From NCBI GenBank assembly GCA_964392465.1, contig CAYMPC010000001.1, forward strand, positions 5,481-69,480: 64,000 nucleotides of DNA, read 5' to 3'. The DNA is from an uncultured Methanosarcinales archaeon (GTDB lineage Archaea; Nanobdellota; Nanobdellia; Woesearchaeales; GW2011-AR15). The position numbers were made by a program, and so were the translations under genes. Under the pieces are notes generated by a model. The model made no database searches. It was not told the origin of the DNA and was given only the letters and a program-made list of their open reading frames with translations. Positions 39,640 to 49,894 of this stretch are shown piece after piece (position 1 is the first letter of the stretch; the number at the start of each line of letters is the position of its first letter).

Positions 39640-39888
39640 TTCTTCATCACCTTGTTATTTGTAAAGTGTTAATTTTTTCATATATATATAAAGCTATTGC
39701 TCAAGAGAAGGAAATCTTGCCCTTTCATTGCTTAGGAACCAGGTGGACGCCATATATTTTGTTGGACACAGTCCGTATAGTATAATTAGAGCCCCTTCAG
39801 CTCCTAAAGTTGCAAAAAGGCAAGTAACATAATGTTTTTTATGTAAATTTATAAAGCTTTTTATTAACACACTGTTTCTTTAATAAAT

Positions 39889-40617
39889 ATGACTGATCAG
39901 AGCAAAGAGAAATTCAAAATATACAAAAATGTTTTTGATGAATTTACTTTATCTACTTTATTTAAATTAAGTTCTCAAGGTCATTTTGACGAGCTGATTA
40001 TTCCGATTAGGATAGGCAAAGAAGCTAATATATTCTTAGCAGATACAAAAGAAGGACATCATGTGATTGTTAAGATATATAGGTTAGCTTCCTGTAATTT
40101 TAACAAAATGTATTCTTACATTAGATCGGATCCGCGATTCATGAACCTTAAAAACAGGAGGAGATTAATTATTTTCAAATGGGTCCAGAGAGAATTCAGG
40201 AATCTTTTTATTGCAAGAGAAAAAATAAATGTCCCTCAGCCGATTGCTTTCTCAAATAATATTATCGTCATGGAATCTATAGGCCAGGATAGCCCTTCTC
40301 CTCCTTTGAAAGATAAGCCGCCGAAAAACCCAGAGGAATTTTCTTCTAAAATACTTCTTTTCATAAGAGAATTAGCCAAACTAGGAATAGTGCATGGTGA
40401 TTTATCAGAGTTTAATATTCTTAATAATAATGAAAAACCATATTTTATAGATTTTTCACAAGGGACAAGCATAGACGATTCAAACGCATTTGGGTATTTA
40501 AAAAGAGACTTAGAAAACATAAAAAGATTTTTTGAAAAATATAAAGTAAAAATTAATGCAGAGAAGGAATTTAAGGACATAACAAAAAGGCACGAAAAAA
40601 AATTATTTAGAAAATAA
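39889..40617 (+). CDS. rio1: RIO-type serine kinase (Rio1-like, no N-terminal wHTH)
   Basis: ATP-lysine region VIVKIYR, catalytic loop VHGDLSEFNIL, metal-binding IDFSQG. Confidence 0.8.
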   Translation: MTDQSKEKFKIYKNVFDEFTLSTLFKLSSQGHFDELIIPIRIGKEANIFLADTKEGHHVIVKIYRLASCNFNKMYSYIRSDPRFMNLKNRRRLIIFKWVQREFRNLFIAREKINVPQPIAFSNNIIVMESIGQDSPSPPLKDKPPKNPEEFSSKILLFIRELAKLGIVHGDLSEFNILNNNEKPYFIDFSQGTSIDDSNAFGYLKRDLENIKRFFEKYKVKINAEKEFKDITKRHEKKLFRK

Positions 40618-40674
40618 AAAAATAAAACAAAAAGAAACAATTAAAAAGAAACAGCTCTTTTTTAATTAAAAAAG

Positions 40675-40923
40675 GTGATCATTGTGGCAGACAAAAAAAA
40701 TTCAAATGATGAGCAGATAGGTTTTCATAAAGGTGCATTATCAACGCTTGCAAAAGAAAGACAAGAATTAATGAAATTAGTTAGTATAGTAGAGCAACTT
40801 ATGCAGATGCATGTTAAAGCACTGCAGGAGATGGGTGTTGATTTGCAGAAAATGGCAGAAGAAGCAGAAAAACAGCATAAGAAGCCAATAGAAGATTTAG
40901 TTGATAAAGAAAGTAGAAAATAA
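40675..40923 (+). CDS. small coiled-coil protein (hypothetical)
   Basis: 82 aa, helical. Starts at GTG, so start uncertain. Confidence 0.3.
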   Translation: MIIVADKKNSNDEQIGFHKGALSTLAKERQELMKLVSIVEQLMQMHVKALQEMGVDLQKMAEEAEKQHKKPIEDLVDKESRK

Positions 40924-40939
40924 GTTTTTTTGAATTATC

Positions 40940-41335
40940 ATGATTTCTTTTAATTTTTTTGGTCATCAAAACATACTATCGACACACAAGAACACAATAG
41001 AATTTACCAAAGAAAGTGAGGTAACTAAAAAGGGAGATTGTATTCTTGGTGTAAAATCAGATTTTAATCCCACAGACTTAAAAGAAGTATGTAAAAAAAA
41101 TAATAAAATAAAAATAAAAATTTTTGTTCAAGATTTAGTTGAAGAAATAATATGTTTTACAAATAAAGACTTTGATGATGCTCATGAAATTGTTATCAGA
41201 AAATCAGAATTTAATACAAAAAGAACCTTTGGGATAAAAGCAGATAAAGTTGCTCTAGATATAAATAGAAAAATAGTGGATAAATTGAAAAATCCTAATA
41301 TCAAAGGAAAAGTTGAGATTCTTGAAATAAAATGA
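40940..41335 (+). CDS. DUF371-like archaeal protein
   Basis: N-terminal GHQNILSTHKNTIEFTKE resembles the DUF371 signature. 131 aa. Stop overlaps the next gene start. Confidence 0.4.
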   Translation: MISFNFFGHQNILSTHKNTIEFTKESEVTKKGDCILGVKSDFNPTDLKEVCKKNNKIKIKIFVQDLVEEIICFTNKDFDDAHEIVIRKSEFNTKRTFGIKADKVALDINRKIVDKLKNPNIKGKVEILEIK

Positions 41336-41781
41336 AAAGAGCAATGAACAATAAAGAAGTAAAAGAAATTTTATTTGAATTACAAAACAGGTTTAACCTT
41401 TCTTTTACAAAAAAAGATCACTTTGACAAAGATGAAAATATTATTTTGATAAATAATGAACCTGCTTTTTTCTATTATGAAACTAAGTTAATTCCCACAC
41501 TCAAAATAATATTAAAATCCAACTTTCTTAAAAAAATAACAGTGGATATGGGAGCTGTAAAATTTGTTGTTTCTGGAGCCGATATAATGAGGCCAGGAAT
41601 AACAAAAATAGATGAAGGCATACAAAAAGAAGAGATAGTTTCTATTATTGACATGACACATTCTAAGCCATTGGCAATAGGGCTTGTATTGTTCTCTGCA
41701 GAGGAAATAAAAAACATGACCACTGGCAAGGTTATTAAAAATCTGCATTGGGTAGGAGATAAAATCTGGATTACTTACTAA
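41332..41781 (+). CDS. PUA-domain RNA-binding protein (MCT-1/Tma20-like)
   Basis: C-terminal PUA-like segment (GAVKFVVSGADIMRPGI...GLVLFSAEE). Confidence 0.5.
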   Translation: MKRAMNNKEVKEILFELQNRFNLSFTKKDHFDKDENIILINNEPAFFYYETKLIPTLKIILKSNFLKKITVDMGAVKFVVSGADIMRPGITKIDEGIQKEEIVSIIDMTHSKPLAIGLVLFSAEEIKNMTTGKVIKNLHWVGDKIWITY

Positions 41782-41836
41782 AAAGTAGTTATCTTAAGAA
41801 AGTTTTTTATATTAGTCTTTAGTTTTCAGAGTAAAA

Positions 41837-43390
41837 ATGGTAGATTTGACATTAGAGGAAACTCTAGGCGGCATCAGAGAATTTGAAGACCAATATAGGC
41901 AGATATATTTTTTACCTGTTTTTGCTAAATTAAGAGATCCAAAACAAAGAGAGATTTTTTTTGAAAGTATTCCTAAACCAAGTTCATTTGTTCCAGACTA
42001 TACCTATGAAGGAAAAAAATTTTCTCTGGAAGAAGCAGCATCCTTTTCTTTTCCAGGGTTAGAAGAAATAATAAGTAACACTTATAATTTTCTTCCAAAA
42101 ATAGAAGGAGCACTTATGAGCAATGTTTTAAGAAAGGCGCATCTAATTAACTTTACTATATTTACGATTTTAGATGAAGAGGTGTTTGGATCATTCAAGG
42201 ATCTAAAGAATAGAAAATATGAAAAAATACCCGCTTTTACTCATGCTTGGAAAACACAGCTTCTTTTACCTAAAAATGCACCTAATTGGGTTATTATTTA
42301 TGCTTTGTCACATGATTCTATTGAAGATTCACATAGACATAAAGCATTAAAAGAATGGATTAGCTTAAAAGAGGGCCAGCAACTTCCTATTTTTAGTAAG
42401 TTACTTCTTCTTGGAGCATTTCCTTTTCTTTCTCCTCTTTCTTTTGAGGAACCTCTTTCAATACCACTGTATGATAGCTTATTAGGAGATCAGACGAATC
42501 AGTTTTTAGACTTATTATACCTAGGGCAACCCAATAGCAGAGATAAGGCAAGATTGAAAAAAGGCCTAATGTTTATAACAAAAAAAGAATATCAGCCTTA
42601 TAGTACCTATCTCTCAGGTATAAAAAAGATTCGTAATGCGTATACACGTTATTGGACAATAATAACTAAGATGGATGACAGGTTTGATAATTCTCATTTT
42701 AATCCTGTTTTTTATAATAGTCATTTTCTTCAGACAGGTGAAAAATTATTAAAAGATGGAATAAAAAACGTTCAGCTTTTGAATGTAGCACAGGAAATTT
42801 ATTTAGGATTAGAAAACAGGCTTTCTGAAAAACCAATTTCTGAATTGGCAAGAGGAGAACTCTCTAAACTGGAATTTCTAAAAAGAAAGAATAGTCTTGC
42901 AGCTCTCACAAATAATAATATGAATTATTTTATGAATTATATTAGAGAGGTTTATGGCGAAAGGGTTATTTCTCTAAGATATAAATATTATTCCCAACAT
43001 ACAAAAGAAACCAAAACCGTAAATGAATGGCTAGATCTCTTAGAAAAAAGGATATATGATTATTATTCTGTTGGAGGGTTTTCCTCAAAAGATTCTGAAT
43101 TAGGGAATCCAAAAATTTTATTTAGTTTATCTGGAAGCTTAACATTGCTTGATAAATTATTTGAAGGAGAAATAGAAACTATTTTTGGGAGGTTAAATAC
43201 TTATAATGCACTATTATTATATAAATATGCAGCAATCACAAAAGTATTTTCTTGTTTATATCTTTCCCATAATCCTTTTGTAAACGGAAGGCTTGTTATA
43301 AGAGGGACAGAAGTATTAGGGCTTGATACTTTAGGAACTTATGATCAAAACCTGAGAACATATGTACTTGAAGAAAGTTTAATTAATTAA
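41837..43390 (+). CDS. large hypothetical protein (orphan)
   Basis: 517 aa, cytoplasmic, no recognised motif. Confidence 0.45.
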   Translation: MVDLTLEETLGGIREFEDQYRQIYFLPVFAKLRDPKQREIFFESIPKPSSFVPDYTYEGKKFSLEEAASFSFPGLEEIISNTYNFLPKIEGALMSNVLRKAHLINFTIFTILDEEVFGSFKDLKNRKYEKIPAFTHAWKTQLLLPKNAPNWVIIYALSHDSIEDSHRHKALKEWISLKEGQQLPIFSKLLLLGAFPFLSPLSFEEPLSIPLYDSLLGDQTNQFLDLLYLGQPNSRDKARLKKGLMFITKKEYQPYSTYLSGIKKIRNAYTRYWTIITKMDDRFDNSHFNPVFYNSHFLQTGEKLLKDGIKNVQLLNVAQEIYLGLENRLSEKPISELARGELSKLEFLKRKNSLAALTNNNMNYFMNYIREVYGERVISLRYKYYSQHTKETKTVNEWLDLLEKRIYDYYSVGGFSSKDSELGNPKILFSLSGSLTLLDKLFEGEIETIFGRLNTYNALLLYKYAAITKVFSCLYLSHNPFVNGRLVIRGTEVLGLDTLGTYDQNLRTYVLEESLIN

Positions 43391-43437
43391 ACTAATTTAC
43401 TAAAAATCCCGAAAAATAAAAATTATAAAAAATTAAA

Positions 43438-44802
43438 ATGAAAAACCTTGAACAAATGACTATAAGAGAACAACAGCGCTTTTTTGATAGACAAACCCCT
43501 AATAACTTAATTAAGGCAGGACTTGTTTCTTCTTTTCCTACTCTATTAGATATTCTTGGTTTTTCTTCACAAGATAAAAAAAGGATATGGGAAGCTGTTT
43601 TAGAAGACACAGGTATTGCTAATGGAGATTATCCTTTTTATTCTCCAATGCCTATTGAGACTTTAGCTGAATCTTCTTTTTTAACTCCTACTATAGGTGA
43701 TAATTTAAGGAGAAGTATTAGAGAAAAATACAAAGGAATAGGCAGAGAACTAGCTTATTTAAATTATAAAATTGGTTCTACTATAAATTCAAGTATACCT
43801 TCTTACTATGTTTTTGTTTCAAATGATTTAGATTTACTAAAAGCACTATTCTCAATCCAAGAGTATCACTTCGGAGAGTTAAACATACCCAAATTAGAAA
43901 AAAAAATAGATGAAAACGACCCTAGAAACAAAACACATTTGATAAAAGGAACACAAGCTTATGATTTATATCATAGATTAAGGGGAGACACCTCAATTCC
44001 TGAAACATCTCTTGAAAAATATTTGAGAGATTATCCACTAGATACAGTTATTGTTGTTACGCCAGAGGCTGCTTTTTCAGGAGGTATACCTCTCCAAGTA
44101 TATAGAAGAAAGTCGCCAATGAGTATAGCAGACAAATTCGGATATTCTATTATAGCTTATTTGTTAAATATTGCATATTCTGTCTCATTTCAAAGGCAAA
44201 AACCACCAGAAACAAGGATAAGTAAATATTCAACCTATAAAAAATGTGGAGTAAAAGATATACCAGGTTTAGCTACTATCTCTCCTTATTTTTCAACTTT
44301 TGGAGTATCAATAGAAAGTAGTAATCTAAGTTCCCTTTTAGGGATAAGAAATAAAGAAACCATCTCTGAAACAGGAGAAGTCCATTGGGATGTTAATTTT
44401 CTCAACCCAAAAGAGATAGAGCCGACATTAGGTATTTCTCCTCAAGGAATAGGAAGAATTGAAGTACATAGTTTAAGTGATATTTCACATTACTTTAGAA
44501 TGGAGCTTTTAGGGCCTACATCAAGACCAAATTTTAAAACAACGAGGAGAAGAGAAACAGAAGAGGCCCACCCAATAAAGTCAAAAAAGAAAGCAGTAGA
44601 AAAAGGATTAAAATTTGTTTCAGATAGAGTAAATAACATTTTTATGCCAGGTATAAATCTTTCTTCATACCCAGGATCTTATTATTTAGTTAATCCTTCA
44701 GGGATACCAACACCTAAATTTGGCTCATTAGTACAAACCCATGATACCAGCAGGTTAGATGATGTTATTACTTTATATAATCCCTTCCCATGGCAGCAGT
44801 AA
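43438..44802 (+). CDS. large hypothetical protein (orphan)
   Basis: 454 aa, cytoplasmic, no recognised motif. Same strand as the preceding orphan, 47 nt downstream. Confidence 0.45.
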   Translation: MKNLEQMTIREQQRFFDRQTPNNLIKAGLVSSFPTLLDILGFSSQDKKRIWEAVLEDTGIANGDYPFYSPMPIETLAESSFLTPTIGDNLRRSIREKYKGIGRELAYLNYKIGSTINSSIPSYYVFVSNDLDLLKALFSIQEYHFGELNIPKLEKKIDENDPRNKTHLIKGTQAYDLYHRLRGDTSIPETSLEKYLRDYPLDTVIVVTPEAAFSGGIPLQVYRRKSPMSIADKFGYSIIAYLLNIAYSVSFQRQKPPETRISKYSTYKKCGVKDIPGLATISPYFSTFGVSIESSNLSSLLGIRNKETISETGEVHWDVNFLNPKEIEPTLGISPQGIGRIEVHSLSDISHYFRMELLGPTSRPNFKTTRRRETEEAHPIKSKKKAVEKGLKFVSDRVNNIFMPGINLSSYPGSYYLVNPSGIPTPKFGSLVQTHDTSRLDDVITLYNPFPWQQ

Positions 44803-44810
44803 ACCTATCT

Positions 44811-45257
44811 TTATTTAGTTCTTCTCTCTTTTGGCACATAATTATACAGTTTTTTATTTACTATTCTTCCGCATCCCAAAAAATCAGAATTATTTTTAAT
44901 CAAAACAAAACCATTTAGCACGGAATCAATTTCAAAATCCTCTCCTTTCATCCATTTTTCAGCTTCTTCAGCGTTTAAGTCTAATATGTTTTTTTTTGCT
45001 ATATTTCCAATTAACTGAGAGCCTTCTATGCTTAATCTTATTTCACCATTATAAATTTCTCCAAAATAAAGACCTAGGGAATTTATTCTTAATTCATCAA
45101 TATCTATTTTTGAAAACTCATTATTCAAAATGAAAAGCCTGCTTTTTGGATTCATAAAAAAGATGTAATCTTTTTGAAACTCAGCTCCAAATTGTTCCTT
45201 AATCATTTTAAGAACATTTTTCTTTTCTTTTGAGTTTAATATTTTTAAGTTTTGCAT
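44811..45257 (-). CDS. putative Nip7-like PUA protein
   Basis: 148 aa. The C-terminal FLGCGRIVNKKLYNYVPKERR weakly resembles Nip7/UPF0113 PUA C-termini. Confidence 0.3.
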   Translation of the reverse strand: MQNLKILNSKEKKNVLKMIKEQFGAEFQKDYIFFMNPKSRLFILNNEFSKIDIDELRINSLGLYFGEIYNGEIRLSIEGSQLIGNIAKKNILDLNAEEAEKWMKGEDFEIDSVLNGFVLIKNNSDFLGCGRIVNKKLYNYVPKERRTK

Positions 45258-45306
45258 TTTACATATATTTTAAAAACATAAGATATATATAATTATATAA
45301 TCTGAC

Positions 45307-45930
45307 ATGAAAAATCATTTTATCTTTTTAATTTTGTTGTTTATCCTTATTTTTTCTCCTAGCATTCTAGCTTCAAACTTACAATATGGTGAGATTAAAT
45401 TCACAGTGATAAATTCTCCTCCAATAGTTAAGTCAATTGCTTTTTCTACAGAAAAGCCCTACTCTGATACAACACTAAGGTGTTTTCCTGAGATATATGA
45501 CGAAAGCCCTAATGATGTTTCAATAGAATACCTATGGTATATCAATGGGGAAAGAAAAGAAAATAATAAAAAAGAGATATCAGGATTTAAAGAATCAGAT
45601 TTAGTCAGGTGTGAAATTCTTCTTATAGATATTCACGGAGAAAAAGGAGATACAAAATCAGCAGAAATCAAAATTCTAGAAACCCCTATACAAGTCAAAA
45701 TAATAAAGCATTTAGTAAACCTAGTTGACAAAAAAGCATCTATCCAAGAAGTAAAAGAAAGCATAGAGATGCCCGCAATAACAGGGAGTGTTATTGGTGG
45801 AAGCAATAATCCTACAGTGAGCATCCTAATTTCTATTATACTCTTCTTGACATTATTAATAGGGTTAAATTCATTTATAGTTATAACAAAATTAAGAAAA
45901 AAACTCAAATACCCCAAACAGGATTTTTAG
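45307..45930 (+). CDS. secreted protein with C-terminal TM anchor (hypothetical)
   Basis: Signal peptide and a C-terminal hydrophobic helix followed by a basic tail. Confidence 0.4.
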   Translation: MKNHFIFLILLFILIFSPSILASNLQYGEIKFTVINSPPIVKSIAFSTEKPYSDTTLRCFPEIYDESPNDVSIEYLWYINGERKENNKKEISGFKESDLVRCEILLIDIHGEKGDTKSAEIKILETPIQVKIIKHLVNLVDKKASIQEVKESIEMPAITGSVIGGSNNPTVSILISIILFLTLLIGLNSFIVITKLRKKLKYPKQDF

Positions 45931-47683
45931 CTCTCATTATTTCTGCAATTGTTTTCAAAACATCAATCTCTCCCTGAGAAAGGTATTTTGTCAATTTTTT
46001 CATCGCCCTAAAATCTTCTTCAGGAATATAGCTGTATAATATATCTCCTTCATTAATCTGCCTGCCTACAGTAACATGATCCAAAGAAATTGCAACTTGC
46101 TTTCCTTTTGTCACGTTTTGCAGATGCTCTTTTTCATGTTGTATATCTTTAACAGTTGTTATAGAAATTCCATTTTTCATTAATTGGCTACCTGATTTAA
46201 TCTTCCCCTCAAGAATATCTACACCCACAATAGCAGGATTGCTCTGCCTGAAAACAAAATTGGGAATTAATTGTAATTTACAGGGTCTAGTAAGGTTATC
46301 AAGTTCCTTTGCTTCCATTAATCTTTTCTGCTGTTCTTTCCAGGAATCATATTCTTCTATTATCTTGTAAATAATATCGCTTGTAATTATTTTTACTCTT
46401 TCAGAACTTGATACATCAGTATCTCTTTCAACATTAAATCCAAGAAGTACTGCCTCTAATGGATCTTTTTCATAATTTGATTCAGCATCTGTCATGTCTT
46501 TTTTTGTGATTCGTCCAATACTTGCTTTTCTTAATGGAATGTTTTTTTCTTTTAATAAAAAAGTCAAAGCTTCTAAAGAACCTAGCGTATCGGCTTTGAT
46601 AATTATTCCCTTTTCCTCTGTTTTAATAATTACTTCTTGGACTTCTTTTTGTATTTCAAAAATCACTTTCTGTTTTATATCTTCAGAAAAACTTTGGATA
46701 GGCATGCCAGCAATTACATTATCTATATCAGGAGCACATATTTTAACTCCTGTTGCAGCAACAACAAAATCAACATTTTTGAATTGAGTTTTTTTATCTC
46801 GCATCTCTCTTAAAGGAACAGGACACAATAATGCCTTAACCCTAGTCTCAATTGGTTTTTCAATGCCTCCTATTATTAATTTATCATTTTTCTTAAGTAT
46901 TCCGTCATATATAATTACATCAAGGGTTTTCCCAAGTCCTTGTGTTTCTTTAATTTCAAGCACAGTTCCCTTTGCATTCCCTAAAGTATGTAATCTTAAA
47001 GATGTTTCAAGAAATTTTTGTGCTAATCCAATTAACACCATTAATAGTTCTGGAATACCATCTCCATTTACAGCAGAAACAGGAATTATGGCAACTTGTT
47101 TAGTATAATCTTCCACTCTGTCAAATCTTTCAGAATTTAATCCTAATTCAGACAGCTTTCCAACTATCTCATAAATTTTTGTATCTAATTTTTCAATCAC
47201 AAAAGGATCCTGGTTATTGATATTTTTTATAAGGTTTTTATCCAGCTGTTTATATCCGGGAATAAGATCAATTTTATTAGCAGCAATAACAAAAGGAGTT
47301 TTAAAATTCTTTAAGATTTCTATACTCTCTATTGTTTGTGGTTTTAAACCTTCATTTACATCTATTACAAGAATAGCAATGTCTGCAATGCTTCCCCCTC
47401 TTTTCCTTAATGTTGTAAAAGCAGCATGACCTGGAGTGTCAATAAAAAGCAAGCCAGGAATATTGAACTTCATCTTGTCTCCAAGAAGGGAGCCACATAT
47501 TTTTTTAACAGTTTCTAAAGGGATAATGGAGGCACCAATAGCTTGAGTAATTCCTCCTGCTTCTCCTATCTGGGTAGCACTACCTCTAATCTTATCTAAT
47601 AATTTTGTTTTTCCATGATCAACATGCCCTAAAGTTGCAATTACTATCTGCCTTAATTCGCAGTTTTGTATATTGTTTTGCAT
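45905..47683 (-). CDS. infB: translation initiation factor aIF5B (IF2 homolog)
   Basis: G1 GHVDHGKT, DTPGH, NKID, then the beta-barrel and C-terminal domains. 592 aa. Confidence 0.9.
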   Translation of the reverse strand: MQNNIQNCELRQIVIATLGHVDHGKTKLLDKIRGSATQIGEAGGITQAIGASIIPLETVKKICGSLLGDKMKFNIPGLLFIDTPGHAAFTTLRKRGGSIADIAILVIDVNEGLKPQTIESIEILKNFKTPFVIAANKIDLIPGYKQLDKNLIKNINNQDPFVIEKLDTKIYEIVGKLSELGLNSERFDRVEDYTKQVAIIPVSAVNGDGIPELLMVLIGLAQKFLETSLRLHTLGNAKGTVLEIKETQGLGKTLDVIIYDGILKKNDKLIIGGIEKPIETRVKALLCPVPLREMRDKKTQFKNVDFVVAATGVKICAPDIDNVIAGMPIQSFSEDIKQKVIFEIQKEVQEVIIKTEEKGIIIKADTLGSLEALTFLLKEKNIPLRKASIGRITKKDMTDAESNYEKDPLEAVLLGFNVERDTDVSSSERVKIITSDIIYKIIEEYDSWKEQQKRLMEAKELDNLTRPCKLQLIPNFVFRQSNPAIVGVDILEGKIKSGSQLMKNGISITTVKDIQHEKEHLQNVTKGKQVAISLDHVTVGRQINEGDILYSYIPEEDFRAMKKLTKYLSQGEIDVLKTIAEIMRAKNPVWGI

Positions 47684-47789
47684 GTCAATAAGAACTTTTC
47701 TTATATTTTTAAAGATTCTTAAAAAGAAGTTTTATTTTTTCAGATAATTTTAAATATAAAAAACCCCTTTGTAGATAAAGGGTGATAAT

Positions 47790-48155
47790 ATGAAAAAATT
47801 ATTTTTACTAGTTTTATTATTTTCTACTTTATTAATTACAGGAGCATTTGCTCATAGTTTTGTCCAAAGGATATACCCAACAGAAATTGAAAACACGGAA
47901 CAGCAGCGATTTTCGATTACATTTTATAATAGAGAGAACTACAAATTAGATGATGCGACTTTATCAGTATCTTTTCCTGATTTATATATTAAAGGAAAAT
48001 CATCCCAGTTTGATTTAAAATCAAAAGATGCAAGAAGGATGTATCTTGAAGTCGACTTTCCAGAAAATCTAAAACCTGGATATTATCCAGTTATATTTAC
48101 TATACAAAATGAAGACGTAAGGCAAAAAAAGCATTCCTGGATTCAAATAATTTAA
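47790..48155 (+). CDS. small secreted protein (hypothetical)
   Basis: Signal peptide, 121 aa. Confidence 0.4.
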   Translation: MKKLFLLVLLFSTLLITGAFAHSFVQRIYPTEIENTEQQRFSITFYNRENYKLDDATLSVSFPDLYIKGKSSQFDLKSKDARRMYLEVDFPENLKPGYYPVIFTIQNEDVRQKKHSWIQII

Positions 48156-48182
48156 TTAATCTTTCCCTTTTTCTTTTTATAT

Positions 48183-49253
48183 ATGATAATCATAACAGAA
48201 GGTCTTGCCAAAATAAAAGCAAGCCCTGAAAAAAAGATATCAAAAAAATTAGAAGTGTTTTATAACCCTATTATGAAATTAAATAGAGATGTCAGCATTT
48301 TGCTTTTAAACTCTCTTCCTGATAAAGGAATGCAGATTACAGATATACTTGCAGCAACAGGCATAAGAGGGATAAGATTTCTAAAAGAGCTAAAAAAAGG
48401 AAAAATTCAAAATATTTCTTTAAACGATTATAAAACAAAAGAAGCGATTATTGAAAATCTAAAATTAAATAATTTAGAAAAAGAGAAAAACATCTTTGTT
48501 TATGGAGAGAATGCAATAAAATTTCTTTTTGACAGCAAGGGTTTTGATTATATAGATATTGATCCTTTTGGAAGTCCAAATCCTTTTTTAGAATCTTCTA
48601 TTATAAGATTGTCAAGAAAAGGAATATTGGCAGTAACAGCAACAGATACTTCAGCACTAGCAGGAAGTTCAGAAACTGCCTGCATAAGAAAATATTGGGC
48701 AAAACCTTTAAGAAATGAGTTCATGCATGAAACAGGAATAAGGATCTTAATAAGAAAAGTACAATTGATAGGAGCAGAATATGATAAAGCCCTTTATCCT
48801 ATCTTTTCTTATTCAAAAGACCATTATTACAGAATTTTTTTCAGATGTGAAAAAGGCAGACAGAAAGCAGATGAACTATTGAAATCACACAAATATTTGA
48901 TATATAACTGGAAAACAACAGAACGAAAAGTTGTTGATACGATTTTCAATAAGGAAACAAACTTTGATTATGCAGGGCCATTATGGATAGGCAGTTTATG
49001 GGAGAAAAAGCTAGTAAATAATATGTATAAGCAAATAGATAAAAAAAATAAAAAGTTATTTGATTTAATTTCCTTGATTAAGGAAGAAAGTGCTATTGAT
49101 TCAGTAGGTTTTTATGATTTGCACAGATTAGCGCAAATCCAAAATAAGCCCATCCCCAAACTTGAAGAGGTTTTGAATAAAGATAATAAAAGGACGCATT
49201 TTTTGGGGTGGGGTGTAAAATCACATATAAACATAGAAAAGATTCATAAATAA
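48183..49253 (+). CDS. trm1: tRNA (guanine26-N2)-dimethyltransferase Trm1
   Basis: FYNPIMKLNRDVSILLL...DILAATGIRGIRF...DIDPFGSP motifs of Trm1. Confidence 0.85.
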   Translation: MIIITEGLAKIKASPEKKISKKLEVFYNPIMKLNRDVSILLLNSLPDKGMQITDILAATGIRGIRFLKELKKGKIQNISLNDYKTKEAIIENLKLNNLEKEKNIFVYGENAIKFLFDSKGFDYIDIDPFGSPNPFLESSIIRLSRKGILAVTATDTSALAGSSETACIRKYWAKPLRNEFMHETGIRILIRKVQLIGAEYDKALYPIFSYSKDHYYRIFFRCEKGRQKADELLKSHKYLIYNWKTTERKVVDTIFNKETNFDYAGPLWIGSLWEKKLVNNMYKQIDKKNKKLFDLISLIKEESAIDSVGFYDLHRLAQIQNKPIPKLEEVLNKDNKRTHFLGWGVKSHINIEKIHK

Positions 49254-49273
49254 GTCTTTTTTTTCAAGAAAAC

Positions 49274-49591
49274 ATGTCTTTCAATCAATTTGAAAATATG
49301 CTTCTAGAACACGCAATCAGAGAACTTGAAAAACAGTTGATTGAAAAAGGAGAATGGCCAGAACAAAAGCAAGGTCAACTTTACTTAGGTGGCTCTTATA
49401 CCTTTTTTCTTTTACCAAATCAAAGATTAACTATCTTATCTAACGAATATCCCCAAAAACCAAGAAAGGATATTATTCCTGTTAATTGTTATAATTTATA
49501 TACTCCAAGGCCTATTGCAGAAGCTGTTCAAGAATTTTTAGATCGGCAAAAAAACCCAGAAAAATATATGACTCCTTTTTTTATAGAATAA
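49274..49591 (+). CDS. hypothetical protein
   Basis: 105 aa, no motif. Confidence 0.35.
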   Translation: MSFNQFENMLLEHAIRELEKQLIEKGEWPEQKQGQLYLGGSYTFFLLPNQRLTILSNEYPQKPRKDIIPVNCYNLYTPRPIAEAVQEFLDRQKNPEKYMTPFFIE

Positions 49592-49607
49592 AAAAACAAT
49601 AAAATAT

Positions 49608-49886
49608 CTACCCAATAGTCCTTCTTACATCGCTAACTTCAACAGAAGCAACACCTTCAATTGTTGAAATATCTGCTTCAAGCGCATCAGTTGAACCCTT
49701 ACTTTCTGCCATTACAAATAAGATTTTAAGCATTTTTAGGCCAAAGGCAACAGGGTTTATCTCTACTTTATGATTATCCAATCCTGTAAAAGATTTAATC
49801 TTAGCTAAAGCTTCTGTCTCAATTTTTTTCAAATCAATTTCAGGAGATTCTGGCATTATATCCAAAGTTACAACAACATCTGCCAT
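49608..49886 (-). CDS. elongation factor aEF-1 beta
   Basis: 92 aa. MADVVVTLDIMPESPEIDL...VEVSDVRR is the archaeal EF-1beta pattern. Confidence 0.8.
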   Translation of the reverse strand: MADVVVTLDIMPESPEIDLKKIETEALAKIKSFTGLDNHKVEINPVAFGLKMLKILFVMAESKGSTDALEADISTIEGVASVEVSDVRRTIG

Positions 49887-49894
49887 TTTTTCAC

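Noticed and set aside
39700-39830. GC-rich island tested as a tRNA (both strands, with/without intron)
   Set aside because: I could not build a cloverleaf with acceptor stem, GTTC-type T-loop and anticodon arm. It is kept only as a possible ncRNA.
46494-47429. Plus-strand ORFs inside aIF5B (46494..46787, 46863..47108, 47217..47429)
   Set aside because: Antisense to a confidently identified, full-length aIF5B. Low-complexity composition.
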